Of a DNA stretch of 64,000 nucleotides, positions 1 to 9,784 are shown in pieces. The stretch is from Armatimonadota bacterium (lineage in GTDB: Bacteria > Armatimonadota > UBA5829 > DSUL01). Every line of letters begins with the position of its first letter. The stretch's first letter is position 1. The notes beneath the pieces were generated by a model that saw nothing but the letters and a program-made list of their open reading frames with translations, was not told the DNA's origin and did no database searches. Position numbers and translations under genes: made by a program. The stretch covers positions 64,001-128,000 of the forward strand of contig JBDHZC010000003.1 in NCBI GenBank assembly GCA_039811685.1, given 5' to 3'.

Positions 1-308
1 TGGGCTTTCCGCCAGATATCCGGGACTACTCGCTTGGTGCACAGGTGCTTGTGGACCTCGGTCTCAAGAGGCTGCGTCTGATGACCAACAATCCGTCCAA
101 GTACGCTGCTCTGGAAGGCTATGAACTGGAGATAGTGGAACGCGTCCCACTGGTTGCCGGGCGCCGTCCGGAAAGTATGCGCTATCTCAACACTAAGCGA
201 ACCAAAATGGGCCATATTTTTGAAAGTGGGGAGACGCCGGCTACGCGCGAAAATGGTTGTGCGCACCAGCCGGAGCCCCTGGCGGAAACAAAACAACAGG
301 AGAGTTAG
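1..308 (+). CDS. ribBA: GTP cyclohydrolase II (RibA/RibBA), C-terminal part; 5' truncated by window edge
   Basis: The frame is open from base 3 and reads GFPPDIRDYSLGAQVLVDLGLKRLRLMTNNPSK...YLNTKRTKMGH, a typical RibA C-terminus. It abuts ribH. Confidence 0.9.
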   Translation, partial: GFPPDIRDYSLGAQVLVDLGLKRLRLMTNNPSKYAALEGYELEIVERVPLVAGRRPESMRYLNTKRTKMGHIFESGETPATRENGCAHQPEPLAETKQQES

Positions 309-776
309 TTGGCGCATACTCTGAAAGGCGAGCTTGCCGGTGGCGGCTTGAAAATCGCTATCGTAGTCTCGAGATTCAATGCTTTTGTTACGGAGCGCTT
401 GCTTTCGGGCGCGCTGGATACTCTGAGCAGACACGGCGTGTCTGATGAGGATATCTCCGTCGCGTGGGCGCCCGGGGCTTTTGAGCTGCCGCTGGTGGCG
501 CGCAAGTTTGCAACGAGCGGCTCAGACGCTGTAATCTGCCTGGGCGCGCTCATTCGTGGAAACACCCCGCACTTCGACTACATCAGCAGTTGCGCGTCTA
601 GCGGCATTTCGCGTGTCAGCCTGGAGACGGGGATTCCAGTCATTTTTGGCGTACTGACCTGCGACACCGTGGAGCAGGCAATTGACCGCGCCGGCGCCAA
701 AGCTGGGAATAAGGGGAGTGACGCCGCTGTCGCCGCGATTGAGATGGCCAATCTCCTGCGTGCGATCGGTGAATAA
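309..776 (+). CDS. ribH: 6,7-dimethyl-8-ribityllumazine synthase
   Basis: [38 protein letters not shown] and GNKGSDAA motifs; TTG start after GGAG. Confidence 0.97.
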   Translation: MAHTLKGELAGGGLKIAIVVSRFNAFVTERLLSGALDTLSRHGVSDEDISVAWAPGAFELPLVARKFATSGSDAVICLGALIRGNTPHFDYISSCASSGISRVSLETGIPVIFGVLTCDTVEQAIDRAGAKAGNKGSDAAVAAIEMANLLRAIGE

Positions 777-823
777 TTAGTCTCAAATGCCGTTATTTCA
801 TCAAGAGCGGCTGATAAAAGTAG

Positions 824-2047
824 GTGTCCGTGAAACAATTGGGTTTGATAGTTCTGGGGGCGGTTGCTGGAGTATTGTTGTGGCAGGGATTTCAACATTA
901 CTCAGAGTCTCACGAAACCTCGACAAATGGGGGACTGCCCGGTATCGTGTCGCGTCCGGCTCCTGAATCCCCAAACGCGCAATCTTCGGCAAAAGCGGCC
1001 AATACTGTAGAGGAATACGTCGTAAACGTGGACACAACAGGCCGTCCAGTCGCTGACTACGGGTTCTTCGGTTTTCAGCGATGGGTGACGCCGCGCGGTA
1101 GCGGTTCGGGAGTTATCGTTCGCAAAGACGGGTTTATCGTTACCAACAACCACGTTGTGGACGACGCTCAGGACATTCAGGTGACCCTCTTCAGCGGCCG
1201 CAAGTTCTCCGGACGCCTGTGGGCGCGCGCGCCAGACTACGATCTCGCGCTGGTCAAGATCAATGCCAATGATCTGCCCTATGCGCGCTTCGCTGACTCA
1301 GAAAAGGACATCCGCGTAGGCGATCCTGTCATTGCTGTCGGAAATGCCCTCGGCTTGGGTACGACGGTCACTTCAGGCATTATCAGCGCTCTTCAGCGCC
1401 GGGTGCCATCCCAGAACGACAGCCGCAACGTCAGCCTTCAGAAGGCCATTCAAACAGACGCCGCTATCAACCCCGGGAACTCTGGCGGAGCGCTGGCTCT
1501 GCTGGACGGACGCCTGATTGGCATTAACACGGCCATTTACTCCACCAATCAGGGCGGCGGGAACATCGGTATAGGGTTTGCAATCCCCGCCAACACCGTT
1601 CACAAAGCCTTGGAAGCCCTTATCAGCAAGAAGACTTTTGAGTCTCCGGCTCCTGCGTTTATGGGTGTGGCGTATCAGCCGATGAGCCCAGATCTGGCCC
1701 AGTCACTCAATCAAAGGTTTGGGCTGAGTTATCCGACCACGGACACCGGTGTTGTTGTTCAAAATCTTGTACCCCAGGGGCCGGCGGAACTGGCTGGTGT
1801 CAAGTCCTATGACCAGATTCTTGAGGTGGACGGGAAGAAGCTCGACGCGGCGCAGAAGCTGGCGGAGATTATGCAGGCTCACAAACCCGGAGACGTTCTG
1901 AAGGTTGTCTTGTACCGGCCGGCGCTTTCAAAGAAGATGACGCTGAGCGTAAAGTTGTCGGCGGCTCCAAGAGATCTGGGGAATGGGCCCGATCAGTCGC
2001 AACCTCAGCCGCAGCCTCAACCTAGAATTCCGGGATGGCCATTTTAG
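824..2047 (+). CDS. HtrA/DegP-like trypsin serine protease with one PDZ domain and N-terminal membrane anchor
   Basis: GSGSGVIV, TNNHVV (His), DLALVKI (Asp), IQTDAAINPGNSGGAL (Ser) and a C-terminal PDZ-like region. Confidence 0.93.
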   Translation: MSVKQLGLIVLGAVAGVLLWQGFQHYSESHETSTNGGLPGIVSRPAPESPNAQSSAKAANTVEEYVVNVDTTGRPVADYGFFGFQRWVTPRGSGSGVIVRKDGFIVTNNHVVDDAQDIQVTLFSGRKFSGRLWARAPDYDLALVKINANDLPYARFADSEKDIRVGDPVIAVGNALGLGTTVTSGIISALQRRVPSQNDSRNVSLQKAIQTDAAINPGNSGGALALLDGRLIGINTAIYSTNQGGGNIGIGFAIPANTVHKALEALISKKTFESPAPAFMGVAYQPMSPDLAQSLNQRFGLSYPTTDTGVVVQNLVPQGPAELAGVKSYDQILEVDGKKLDAAQKLAEIMQAHKPGDVLKVVLYRPALSKKMTLSVKLSAAPRDLGNGPDQSQPQPQPQPRIPGWPF

Positions 2048-2495
2048 TCTCCGCGGAGATGATAGTCCATCTCTGGACAGGGTAAATGAGCCAGCGCTTG
2101 CGCTCTTCTCGCTTGAGCCGCAAGGTGACCAGGCCCGCGTACTGGGCGGAGGCTCCACTGTTGGAGGTAATGCGTGCGTTTGCGTCAGTTGTCGCGACGG
2201 CGGAGTCCGCGTGCACTGATATCTGAGGCGGGTGCAAGGCGATCTGGATGCTGCTTGAGTCGCGAAATGTCTGAAGCAGAATCAGGCGCACCTGGTCGTA
2301 GCTGCCGCCAACTCCCTTGTAGTCCCTGGACACATGCGACAGCGTCCGCCAGATATCTCGCTTTTCGGCTGCTGCTGTCAGTCCTGTCAGAACATTCTGA
2401 ATCTGTTGCTGGTCTGTGCCTCGCGGGCGTGAGGCCAGCCATCCAGCGCCAAGCGCAACCGCAATGGCCAGAGCGGTCAGAAATGTCTTGTTCAT
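2022..2495 (-). CDS. Hypothetical exported protein, possibly NTF2/SnoaL-like fold
   Basis: ORF with an N-terminal hydrophobic segment (MNKTFLTALAIAVALGAGWL). The QQIQNVL..AAEKRD..VSRDY and LKREE..W patterns resemble NTF2-like proteins. The 3' end overlaps the HtrA stop. Confidence 0.6.
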   Translation of the reverse strand: MNKTFLTALAIAVALGAGWLASRPRGTDQQQIQNVLTGLTAAAEKRDIWRTLSHVSRDYKGVGGSYDQVRLILLQTFRDSSSIQIALHPPQISVHADSAVATTDANARITSNSGASAQYAGLVTLRLKREERKRWLIYPVQRWTIISAETKMAIPEF

Positions 2496-2548
2496 AGTCT
2501 TAGCGCGCTCCTTTTGGAACTGGAACACGGCGCTTCGCGAAAAACACC

Positions 2549-3658
2549 ATGTCCTTCCAACTGTCTGACGAGTGGAAAAGCTGTATGTTTCAGCTGCTCG
2601 AGTCTGGCGGCCGTGTTCTGGTCAGCGGGCCAACCGACAGCGGAAAGAGCACATTTTGTCTGGCGCTAGCTGATGCGTGCGCTGTTCGCGGTCATCTTTG
2701 CGCTGTGGTTGACGCCGACACCGGGCAGTCCGAGATTGGCCCTCCTGGAACTGTTGGGCTGGCCTGCCTCAACAAGACCACTGGCTCTTTCGCGGAGCTG
2801 GAACCTGACGCCATCTACTTTGTCGGAAGCACCTCCCCTCCCGGACATCTACTACCATTGGCGCTTGGCGTGGGAGTCCTCTGCCGCTTTGCCGGTGCGC
2901 GTCGGCCACACCTTACAATCGTTGACATGCCGGGATTTGTCAGCGGCCCTGGCGCCTCCACACTCGTAAGCAGTGTCATTTCAGAGTCTGCACCGGACAC
3001 TCTTGTCATTTTTCAGCGTGAGCGCAGTATGCGCGATATTCTGGCGGCGGTGCGTGGACTTCGCAAACCTGAGGTCTTGTTCCTGGAGCCGTCCGCGCAG
3101 GCACGGCAAAGAAGCGCGCACGAGCGCACAGCGCGTCGCAGATTGAAGTTTGCGGCTTACTTTGCGGATGCTGAGACTTTTGAGCTACAGGGTAGAAGTT
3201 GCGGGCTCCCTTATGGGGGGCCTTTCGCCGGCCGGGCACTCCCTATTGACGATTGTCTGGCGCTGGAGAGTGTGCTGGGAGTGGAAGTAGTGTACGCTGA
3301 GGAATCTGCCTTGCGAACACTGATTGTTACCCGGACCGAAGCTTCGCCCGCTGCTGTGGCCTCGGTGGCCAGGAGTATTCGGGGCCGCGCTTACACGTGC
3401 GTGACACAGGACTGGTTCAGGAATTCGCTGGTGGGGCTGGCGGATGACTCTGGGCGCCACCATGCTGTGGGAATACTGGAGGAAGTGGATTTTCGCAGTG
3501 AACAACTTCGCATCTGTTCACCTCTCAAGCGGCCGGGGATTGTGCGGCAGGTTCTGCTTGGAGCGCTTCGGCTGACGCGGGACGGACGTGAACTGGGCTA
3601 TATTGCTCCGGGCTCGCTTTACAGCCCGTCTGGCGCTGGCGTCAGGCGCCGGAGATAA
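2549..3658 (+). CDS. Clp1/Grc3/Nol9-family polynucleotide 5'-hydroxyl kinase
   Basis: Walker A GPTDSGKST, the Clp1-type DADTGQSEIGPPG, IVDMPG and an Arg-rich lid RSAHERTARRR. Confidence 0.85.
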   Translation: MSFQLSDEWKSCMFQLLESGGRVLVSGPTDSGKSTFCLALADACAVRGHLCAVVDADTGQSEIGPPGTVGLACLNKTTGSFAELEPDAIYFVGSTSPPGHLLPLALGVGVLCRFAGARRPHLTIVDMPGFVSGPGASTLVSSVISESAPDTLVIFQRERSMRDILAAVRGLRKPEVLFLEPSAQARQRSAHERTARRRLKFAAYFADAETFELQGRSCGLPYGGPFAGRALPIDDCLALESVLGVEVVYAEESALRTLIVTRTEASPAAVASVARSIRGRAYTCVTQDWFRNSLVGLADDSGRHHAVGILEEVDFRSEQLRICSPLKRPGIVRQVLLGALRLTRDGRELGYIAPGSLYSPSGAGVRRRR

Positions 3659-3692
3659 CAGGCGGCTATAGGATCTACCCTCGGAAAATACT

Positions 3693-4349
3693 ATGCTTAA
3701 GAGCTTGACTTTCGTACGCCACGGTGAAAGTAAATGGAACGCGGGACGCAAGATTCAGGGGCATCTTGAATCCGAGTTGTCTTCTCTGGGGCGGGCGCAG
3801 GCGAGAGCGCTGAGAGGCTGTTTCTCTGGGGACTCCTTTGATGCCGTGTATTCCAGCGACCTGATCCGAGCTGCCGACACCGCACTGTTGGCGACCGGAC
3901 TAGGCCGCGAACAGCTGACTGTTACAGAGGCTTTGCGTGAGATATCCTTCGGAGACTGGGAGGGACTCAGTCCGGAACAGGTGCGCAGGCGGTGGCCAAG
4001 CGCCTGGGACGCGTTTCGCCAGGATCCCATCAACGCACGCCCTGCGACCGGGGAGAGCATAGCGCAACTCTCTGCGCGCGTAGGAGGTCTGATTGAACAC
4101 TGTCATTCTGTTCACGCAGGGCAAAGAGTGGTATTCTTTACACACGGTGGGCCAGTCCGAATCGCACTGATTGAAATACTCGGGCTTTCTCCGCGCCACT
4201 GGCGCACGCTGCGCATAGCAAACGCCAGTCTTACGCGTGTGGAATACATTGACGGAGAGGCGATTCTGACCTGTTTCAACCTTACAGGCCATCTGGCGGA
4301 TATTCACAAAGTGAAGGCAGCGGAGACACTGAAAGCGGATGAACAGTAA
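3693..4349 (+). CDS. Histidine phosphatase family protein (phosphoglycerate mutase/CobC-like)
   Basis: RHGESKWN, YSSDLIRA, LREISFGDWEG and THGG motifs. Confidence 0.92.
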   Translation: MLKSLTFVRHGESKWNAGRKIQGHLESELSSLGRAQARALRGCFSGDSFDAVYSSDLIRAADTALLATGLGREQLTVTEALREISFGDWEGLSPEQVRRRWPSAWDAFRQDPINARPATGESIAQLSARVGGLIEHCHSVHAGQRVVFFTHGGPVRIALIEILGLSPRHWRTLRIANASLTRVEYIDGEAILTCFNLTGHLADIHKVKAAETLKADEQ

Positions 4350-4641
4350 GTCGAGTCCGGTCGGCCTCGTACGCACGGTCTGGGGTCTGCGAAGGTCTAT
4401 GCGACTCTTCTGGCGTCTGTTCAACGATCCGCGCGTACCCGCTATCTTCAAAGCAGTCCCGCTGGCGGGATTTATCTACCTCATCAGCCCGCTGGATTTT
4501 GACTTCATCCCCGTGGTCGGCCAGATGGATGATGTGGCGGTACTCCTGTTGCTTGCGCGCTTCTTTGTCAAGCTGTGTCCTCAACAGCTAGTGCAGGAGC
4601 ACGAACAGGCTCTGGGGCGAACGGGACATTCCGCCCACTAG
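4339..4641 (+). CDS. DUF1232/YkvA family small membrane protein
   Basis: DPRVP..K...YLISPLDF.DFIPVVGQMDD signature. Confidence 0.88.
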   Translation: MNSKSSPVGLVRTVWGLRRSMRLFWRLFNDPRVPAIFKAVPLAGFIYLISPLDFDFIPVVGQMDDVAVLLLLARFFVKLCPQQLVQEHEQALGRTGHSAH

Positions 4642-5438
4642 ACAGCGTTTCTGAAATCCCACGCCCTCACAATCTCAGTCAAAAACTCCTGCACAGGCAG
4701 CTCAATCTCTTGAGCGCTCAGTTCCAGCCTTTGACCGATGCTCTCAGCCATACTCGCCAAGAGACGCTCGGAGACCTCCGGCTTCAACTCAGTGCTCCTC
4801 TGGATACAATGTCTGATTGCTTCCGCTTCCAGTGCGTTCAGACTTCCGGCTTTTTGTTGCACGTCCAGGCTGAGCGGGGATGAAAGCGGCTGCTCTGGTG
4901 GTAGCGCTGAAGGCGGCTGGACCGCAGGCGGACTCGCGCGCTGGAGTTTGACGACCACAGTTCCGGCGGCAATGTCGCCGATGCGTCTTCCGTCCCGGTT
5001 CAGGAACGCCACCACGATTCCAGGCCAGTACAGCCCCGGAAGCGAATCTGCGGCGCGAAGAAGGTTGCGAATGAGCGCTGCGCGAAAGCTGAGCGCGCGG
5101 CCATCCTCCATGATGACCCGGATGCTGACAAGTTTCTTACCCGGTGTCTGACCCTTCCATAGGCTCTCAAACAGCAGAAAGTAGCCATTGTAAACCACTT
5201 CAGCCAGCAGGATAGCCCCCGCAACCATCCATGAGCTTAGCGAGTTGCCCACTGCTGCAAGGCGTTGAATCCCTCCCAGGGCCGATGTGACAGCCAGAAA
5301 GAGGAGAATGATGCCGGCGAGCGCCGCCATCTGAAGCAGAGTGTCCAGGATAAGCGCCGCGCCGCGCGAGCCCAACCCGGCCACTTCGTAGGCGAGGCCA
5401 ATATTCTCCGGAGTTCTAATCTCGACTTTCTGTGGCAT
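4638..5438 (-). CDS. RDD family membrane protein
   Basis: TPENI..Y.VAGLGSRGAALILD, GQTPGK, IRNLLR..D and RRIGDIAAGTVVV. Confidence 0.92.
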   Translation of the reverse strand: MPQKVEIRTPENIGLAYEVAGLGSRGAALILDTLLQMAALAGIILLFLAVTSALGGIQRLAAVGNSLSSWMVAGAILLAEVVYNGYFLLFESLWKGQTPGKKLVSIRVIMEDGRALSFRAALIRNLLRAADSLPGLYWPGIVVAFLNRDGRRIGDIAAGTVVVKLQRASPPAVQPPSALPPEQPLSSPLSLDVQQKAGSLNALEAEAIRHCIQRSTELKPEVSERLLASMAESIGQRLELSAQEIELPVQEFLTEIVRAWDFRNAV

Positions 5439-5522
5439 GACCTGTAGAATCTTTGTGACGATGGCTCAGATACGGCTGCATCCGCAGACCGCCAAGGCCG
5501 CCGCTCAGAGGAGTTGCACCCG

Positions 5523-6506
5523 ATGGCTATCAAATCCTCCGCCACAAAGCACCTCGAGGAATTAGATCAGTTGACCTCTCAGGTAGAGTCGCACGGCTTG
5601 CGCTCTCTCAAAGGGGAACAGGTGCTGCGTCTCGGGCAGCTCTATCGTCAGGCGGTGAGTCTCCTTGCCCGTGCTCGTAGCCGAGGTGGCGACTCCCGGG
5701 AGCTGGAAGAGCTCAATGCGCTGGTTTCCCGCGCCTACCAGTACGTCTATGCGACTCCAGATCGCTCCGCACATGTCGCAGGACAGCTCTTCACCGCGGA
5801 GATTCCTCAGGCTGTTCGGCGAAATATCCGCGTCATCGCCCTCGCGCTCCTCGCTATGCTCCTCAGTTCGCTGGTTGCAGCAGTCAAAGTCCAGCAGGAC
5901 CCTGCGACCGCTGAGCGGCTGATGGGACGAAGCGCGCTGTCTTCTCTCGGGTTCCTCTCCCAGCGTCATCGGGACCGGCAGGAGATTATAGATCCGGACC
6001 AGCGCAGCCAAACAGGGTCTTTCATTCTGGTCAATAACGTCCGCGTGGCAACTCTGGCCTTCGCAATGGGCGCGTTGGCGGGCGTGGGCAGCCTGCTGGT
6101 GCTCATCTACAATGGCCTCATGCTGGGCGCATTTACTGCCGCAGTGGTGCAGTCAGGCGGAGGACTGGATTTTCTGGGATTTGTGGCGGCTCATGGGGTG
6201 CCTGAGTTGACAGCTATCGCTCTGGCGGGAGCCTCCGGAATTCGTCTGGGGTGGAGCCTGCTGGATCCGGGGGACTATGCGCGCGGCGAAGCGTTCCGGC
6301 AGGCGGCCTATGACGTCATCCGGATAATGATGGCTGTAGTGCTGATGCTGGTGTGGGCCGCCCTACTGGAAGCCTTCCTCTCTCCTAACCGCAGCCTTCC
6401 CTATTCTCTCAAATTTACAGTGGCGGGCGTGGAGTTGCTCGTGTTGGGGCTGTACTTCAGTCTTGCGGGTCGCGGATCAGCGCAGAAGACGCCACTTGAA
6501 GCGTGA
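5523..6506 (+). CDS. Stage II sporulation protein M (DUF95)-like membrane protein
   Basis: LYRQ..LARAR N-terminus, ILVNNVRVA, NGLMLG, HGVPELTAI and AALLEAFLSP; GAGGAG RBS upstream. Confidence 0.88.
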   Translation: MAIKSSATKHLEELDQLTSQVESHGLRSLKGEQVLRLGQLYRQAVSLLARARSRGGDSRELEELNALVSRAYQYVYATPDRSAHVAGQLFTAEIPQAVRRNIRVIALALLAMLLSSLVAAVKVQQDPATAERLMGRSALSSLGFLSQRHRDRQEIIDPDQRSQTGSFILVNNVRVATLAFAMGALAGVGSLLVLIYNGLMLGAFTAAVVQSGGGLDFLGFVAAHGVPELTAIALAGASGIRLGWSLLDPGDYARGEAFRQAAYDVIRIMMAVVLMLVWAALLEAFLSPNRSLPYSLKFTVAGVELLVLGLYFSLAGRGSAQKTPLEA

Positions 6507-6558
6507 TTGCTCCGTCTCTCGGCGGACAGCACTGTTTTCAAGCTAGAATACCTGCCAA

Positions 6559-7734
6559 ATGCTTCTCACACTCACTCACGAACTGATGCGCTTCTGCGAT
6601 CGTGCCCGCGACGCTGGCGTTGTCTATCTCGATACCGAATTTGTCAACGAAGAGAGCTATCTTCCCCGTCTGGAAGTCATCCAACTGGAGTCACGCGGAG
6701 ATATCGCGATTGTCGATTTTCAGGCTCTGAAAAACCCGGACCCGGTGATCACTCTGCTTTATGACAGCGAGCTACTGAAAGTCTTTCACGCGGGGCGTCA
6801 GGACCTGTCCATCCTGCATCAGATATCCGGTGAGGTAATGACCAATACGTTTGACACACAGATCGCTGCGGCTTTTGTCGGTTATGGTGAACAGATTTCT
6901 TACGGGGACCTGGTGCGCCAGATTTGCGGAGTCTCACTTTCAAAAAGCCACACTTACTCCTCCTGGGGCCGCCGGCCATTGACAAAAGAGCAGATCGAAT
7001 ACGCTCAGGATGATGTGCGCTATCTGCCCGCTGTGCACCAGCAGCTTGCGCGGCAACTTGAAGAAATGGGCCGGATGAGCTGGGCGAAGGAGGAGTTTGA
7101 GGAGTTGGAGCGCTCTTGCGCGTCCGAGCGAACACCGTCTGAGCAGCTGTACGTGCGGGTGAAAGGGATGAATGGCCTGCGGCCAAAAGAGCTGGCGGTG
7201 TTGAGGGAACTGGCTATGTGGCGCGACGGCGAAGCTATGGCGCGCAATCGTCCCATTGGGAAGATTCTACGGGATGAGCAGCTCGTCAACATCACGCGCC
7301 ACGCCCCAACGACGCTCCACGAACTGAAGGACGTACGGGGCATCCCACCCCATATCGCGGACCATTACGGGCGCGGTATTCTTGAGGCGATTCACAAGGG
7401 CCAGAGTCTGCCGAAGGCACAGTGGCCCGCGCGCTCTGAAAGCCGCCATCTCGATCCAGAGAAACAGGCGACGGTCACGTTGCTCCAGACGCTGATCCGT
7501 TTGCGCGCATCGGAGGAACAAAGCTCCGGGCGGCTTCTCTCGAGCGCTTCCGAGTTAGAGGAGCTGGTTCAGCAGGCGCCGAATATTCGTTCTGAAGACT
7601 TTCGGGTTCTACAGGGCTGGCGGTATGAAATGATCGGGCGCGACATTCTCAAACTGCTGAGAGGCGAGCTGGCCCTGGGAGTGGACGCGGCAACTGGACG
7701 AGTCTGCGTTGTGCGGGAGGCTCTGGCGAACTGA
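6559..7734 (+). CDS. rnd: Ribonuclease D (DEDDy exonuclease plus HRDC)
   Basis: LDTEF, KVFHAGRQD, FDTQIAA, W..RPL..QIEYAQDDV, an HRDC segment WRD.EA..RN.P and a C-terminal GWR. Confidence 0.93.
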   Translation: MLLTLTHELMRFCDRARDAGVVYLDTEFVNEESYLPRLEVIQLESRGDIAIVDFQALKNPDPVITLLYDSELLKVFHAGRQDLSILHQISGEVMTNTFDTQIAAAFVGYGEQISYGDLVRQICGVSLSKSHTYSSWGRRPLTKEQIEYAQDDVRYLPAVHQQLARQLEEMGRMSWAKEEFEELERSCASERTPSEQLYVRVKGMNGLRPKELAVLRELAMWRDGEAMARNRPIGKILRDEQLVNITRHAPTTLHELKDVRGIPPHIADHYGRGILEAIHKGQSLPKAQWPARSESRHLDPEKQATVTLLQTLIRLRASEEQSSGRLLSSASELEELVQQAPNIRSEDFRVLQGWRYEMIGRDILKLLRGELALGVDAATGRVCVVREALAN

Positions 7735-7788
7735 GATCAGCGGCTCGGCAGGGTGGGTCCGGCAGTCAGAGTGGACGGCAGAGGCAAT

Positions 7789-8472
7789 ATGGCACTCACA
7801 GTTCTGGTAGTAGAAGATGATGCAAGCGTAGCGCGCTTTCTCGATCAGGCTCTGCGGGAAGCTGACTTCGACACACGCGTGGTTGATACGGGTTCGGATG
7901 CGCTGCGCGAAGCAAAGAAAACCTCGTACGACCTTATCCTGCTCGATGTTATGCTGCCGGGAATGTCCGGTATTGAAGTGTGTCGGCAGGCCCGCGCCGT
8001 CGGCGTACGCACACCGATATTGATGATCACCGCGCGGGATACACTTGCGGACAAAGTGGAAGGGCTGGACAGCGGCGCGGACGACTACATCGTCAAGCCT
8101 TTTGAGACAGCAGAGTTGATGGCGCGTATCCGCGCGCTTCTCAGAAGGGAAGCTGTCGCCGTAGGTCCCCTGAAAGTCGCCGGGCTTGTGCTTGATCCTC
8201 ACTCGCGCACTGCCGAACGCAACGGCCGTACGATCCACCTGTCTCACACGGAGTATGCGCTGCTCGAGATGCTGATGCGAAAAGCCGGAGGCGTCGTCAC
8301 CCGGCAAGACATTCTCAGACAGGTCTGGCAGTACGATTTTGGGGGGCGCGACAATGTCCTGGATGTGTACATCAGCTATCTGCGCGATAAGCTGGACGCT
8401 CCCGGGTCGCCTTCGATCATCAAGACTGTGCGTGGGCGTGGCTATATGATTGGCGAGGAGAGTGCGGTCTAG
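7789..8472 (+). CDS. OmpR/PhoB-family response regulator
   Basis: VVEDD, LLDVMLPG, GADDYIVKPF and a winged-helix end IKTVRGRGY. Confidence 0.95.
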   Translation: MALTVLVVEDDASVARFLDQALREADFDTRVVDTGSDALREAKKTSYDLILLDVMLPGMSGIEVCRQARAVGVRTPILMITARDTLADKVEGLDSGADDYIVKPFETAELMARIRALLRREAVAVGPLKVAGLVLDPHSRTAERNGRTIHLSHTEYALLEMLMRKAGGVVTRQDILRQVWQYDFGGRDNVLDVYISYLRDKLDAPGSPSIIKTVRGRGYMIGEESAV

Positions 8473-9784
8473 ATCTCTGAGGAAGCGAACCTTCGCACGT
8501 TTTGCGCTCCTTTTTGCTGGTGTTCTGGTTGGCCTGTGGTTGCTTGGCGCGGGCTATGGCAGATGGGAAGCTCAGCGCAGTGCGGACAAAGCGCTCAAAC
8601 AGATCGCACTTAAGCTTGAGCACGATCTCAGCTCACCAAATGCCCGCCGCTCGCCACAGGCGGTTCTATCGGCCAACCTGCCCTTACTGCGAGATGGCAA
8701 CATAGCCGTTGTCATTACGGACCACTCAGACAGGGTGCTGGCTCGTTCTCAGGCACACGCTCCGGGTTCATCAGTCCGTATCGACTCATGCTGGCGCGTA
8801 TTGAAGCTGTCCAACGCCCGCTACAACATCATTGTAAGCATGCCGTGGGAGCGAATACACCGCCAGCTTAATGCGCAGACGCTTGTTTCAGCAGTGGTCA
8901 GCCTCCTCGGATTTCTCATCCTTGTGGCAGGCGCCTGGCGGCTTACCGGCGCCACTCTCGCGCCAGTAAGAGAGCTCACGCAGCAGGCGCGAGGCGCAAC
9001 TGCGGAGCAGCGAAGGCTGAGGCTGGAGTCTCCCAGTAACGACCGGGAGATTCAGGAACTCATCGGAAGTCTGAACGGCATGTTAGCGAGAAGGGAAGGC
9101 GCCGCGGGGATTCGAGGACGCTTCTATTCTGCGTCTTCGCACGAGTTGCGCACTCCGCTTCAGGCGCTTTCAGGTCATCTCGAGCTGGCGTTGTCGCGGC
9201 CACGTTCAGTCGAAGAGTACCGCACCGCTGTTGAAGAAGCGTACTCGCAGACTCGTCGACTGGCCTCCATTATGGAGGACTTGCTTCTCCTGAGCCGTCT
9301 GGAGTCACGCGCCAAGCCGCCCGTTGCTTCCGTCTATCTGGCCGAAGTCTGTAACCAGACACTACAGGAGCATCGTGGGCTGATTGAAGCGAGGTCTTTG
9401 CGTATTCGTATGTCTGTGGATGACTCTGTCGAAGTATCAGCGCCTGAGTCGCATGCGGAGATGGTTGTGCGAAATCTGGTTGCAAACGCGGTCAAGTACG
9501 CCGTGGAAGGCAGTGAAGTCAACATAGAGCTCGAGCGTGAAACGCGGCTGCTTCGCCTGAATATCTCCAATCAGTGCGATGCGCTGGACGCAAATCTGGA
9601 CGAGATGTTTGAGCCTTTCTTTCGCTCGCAGGCCGCGCGCGTCAGCGGAATGAGTGGCACAGGGCTGGGGCTGACGATCGCGCGTGCTGTATGCGCTGCT
9701 AACGGGTGGGAGATTGCGCTCAGGAGGCAGTCAGGCGGGATAAAAGCCTCTGTAGACTTCTTCGCCGTTTACACCTCAAACTGA
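8450..9784 (+). CDS. Sensor histidine kinase (HAMP, HisKA, HATPase)
   Basis: Two TM segments, H-box SHELRTPL, N-box NLVANAVKY, FEPFFR and GTGLGL. Start uncertain. Confidence 0.92.
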   Translation: MARRVRSRSLRKRTFARFALLFAGVLVGLWLLGAGYGRWEAQRSADKALKQIALKLEHDLSSPNARRSPQAVLSANLPLLRDGNIAVVITDHSDRVLARSQAHAPGSSVRIDSCWRVLKLSNARYNIIVSMPWERIHRQLNAQTLVSAVVSLLGFLILVAGAWRLTGATLAPVRELTQQARGATAEQRRLRLESPSNDREIQELIGSLNGMLARREGAAGIRGRFYSASSHELRTPLQALSGHLELALSRPRSVEEYRTAVEEAYSQTRRLASIMEDLLLLSRLESRAKPPVASVYLAEVCNQTLQEHRGLIEARSLRIRMSVDDSVEVSAPESHAEMVVRNLVANAVKYAVEGSEVNIELERETRLLRLNISNQCDALDANLDEMFEPFFRSQAARVSGMSGTGLGLTIARAVCAANGWEIALRRQSGGIKASVDFFAVYTSN

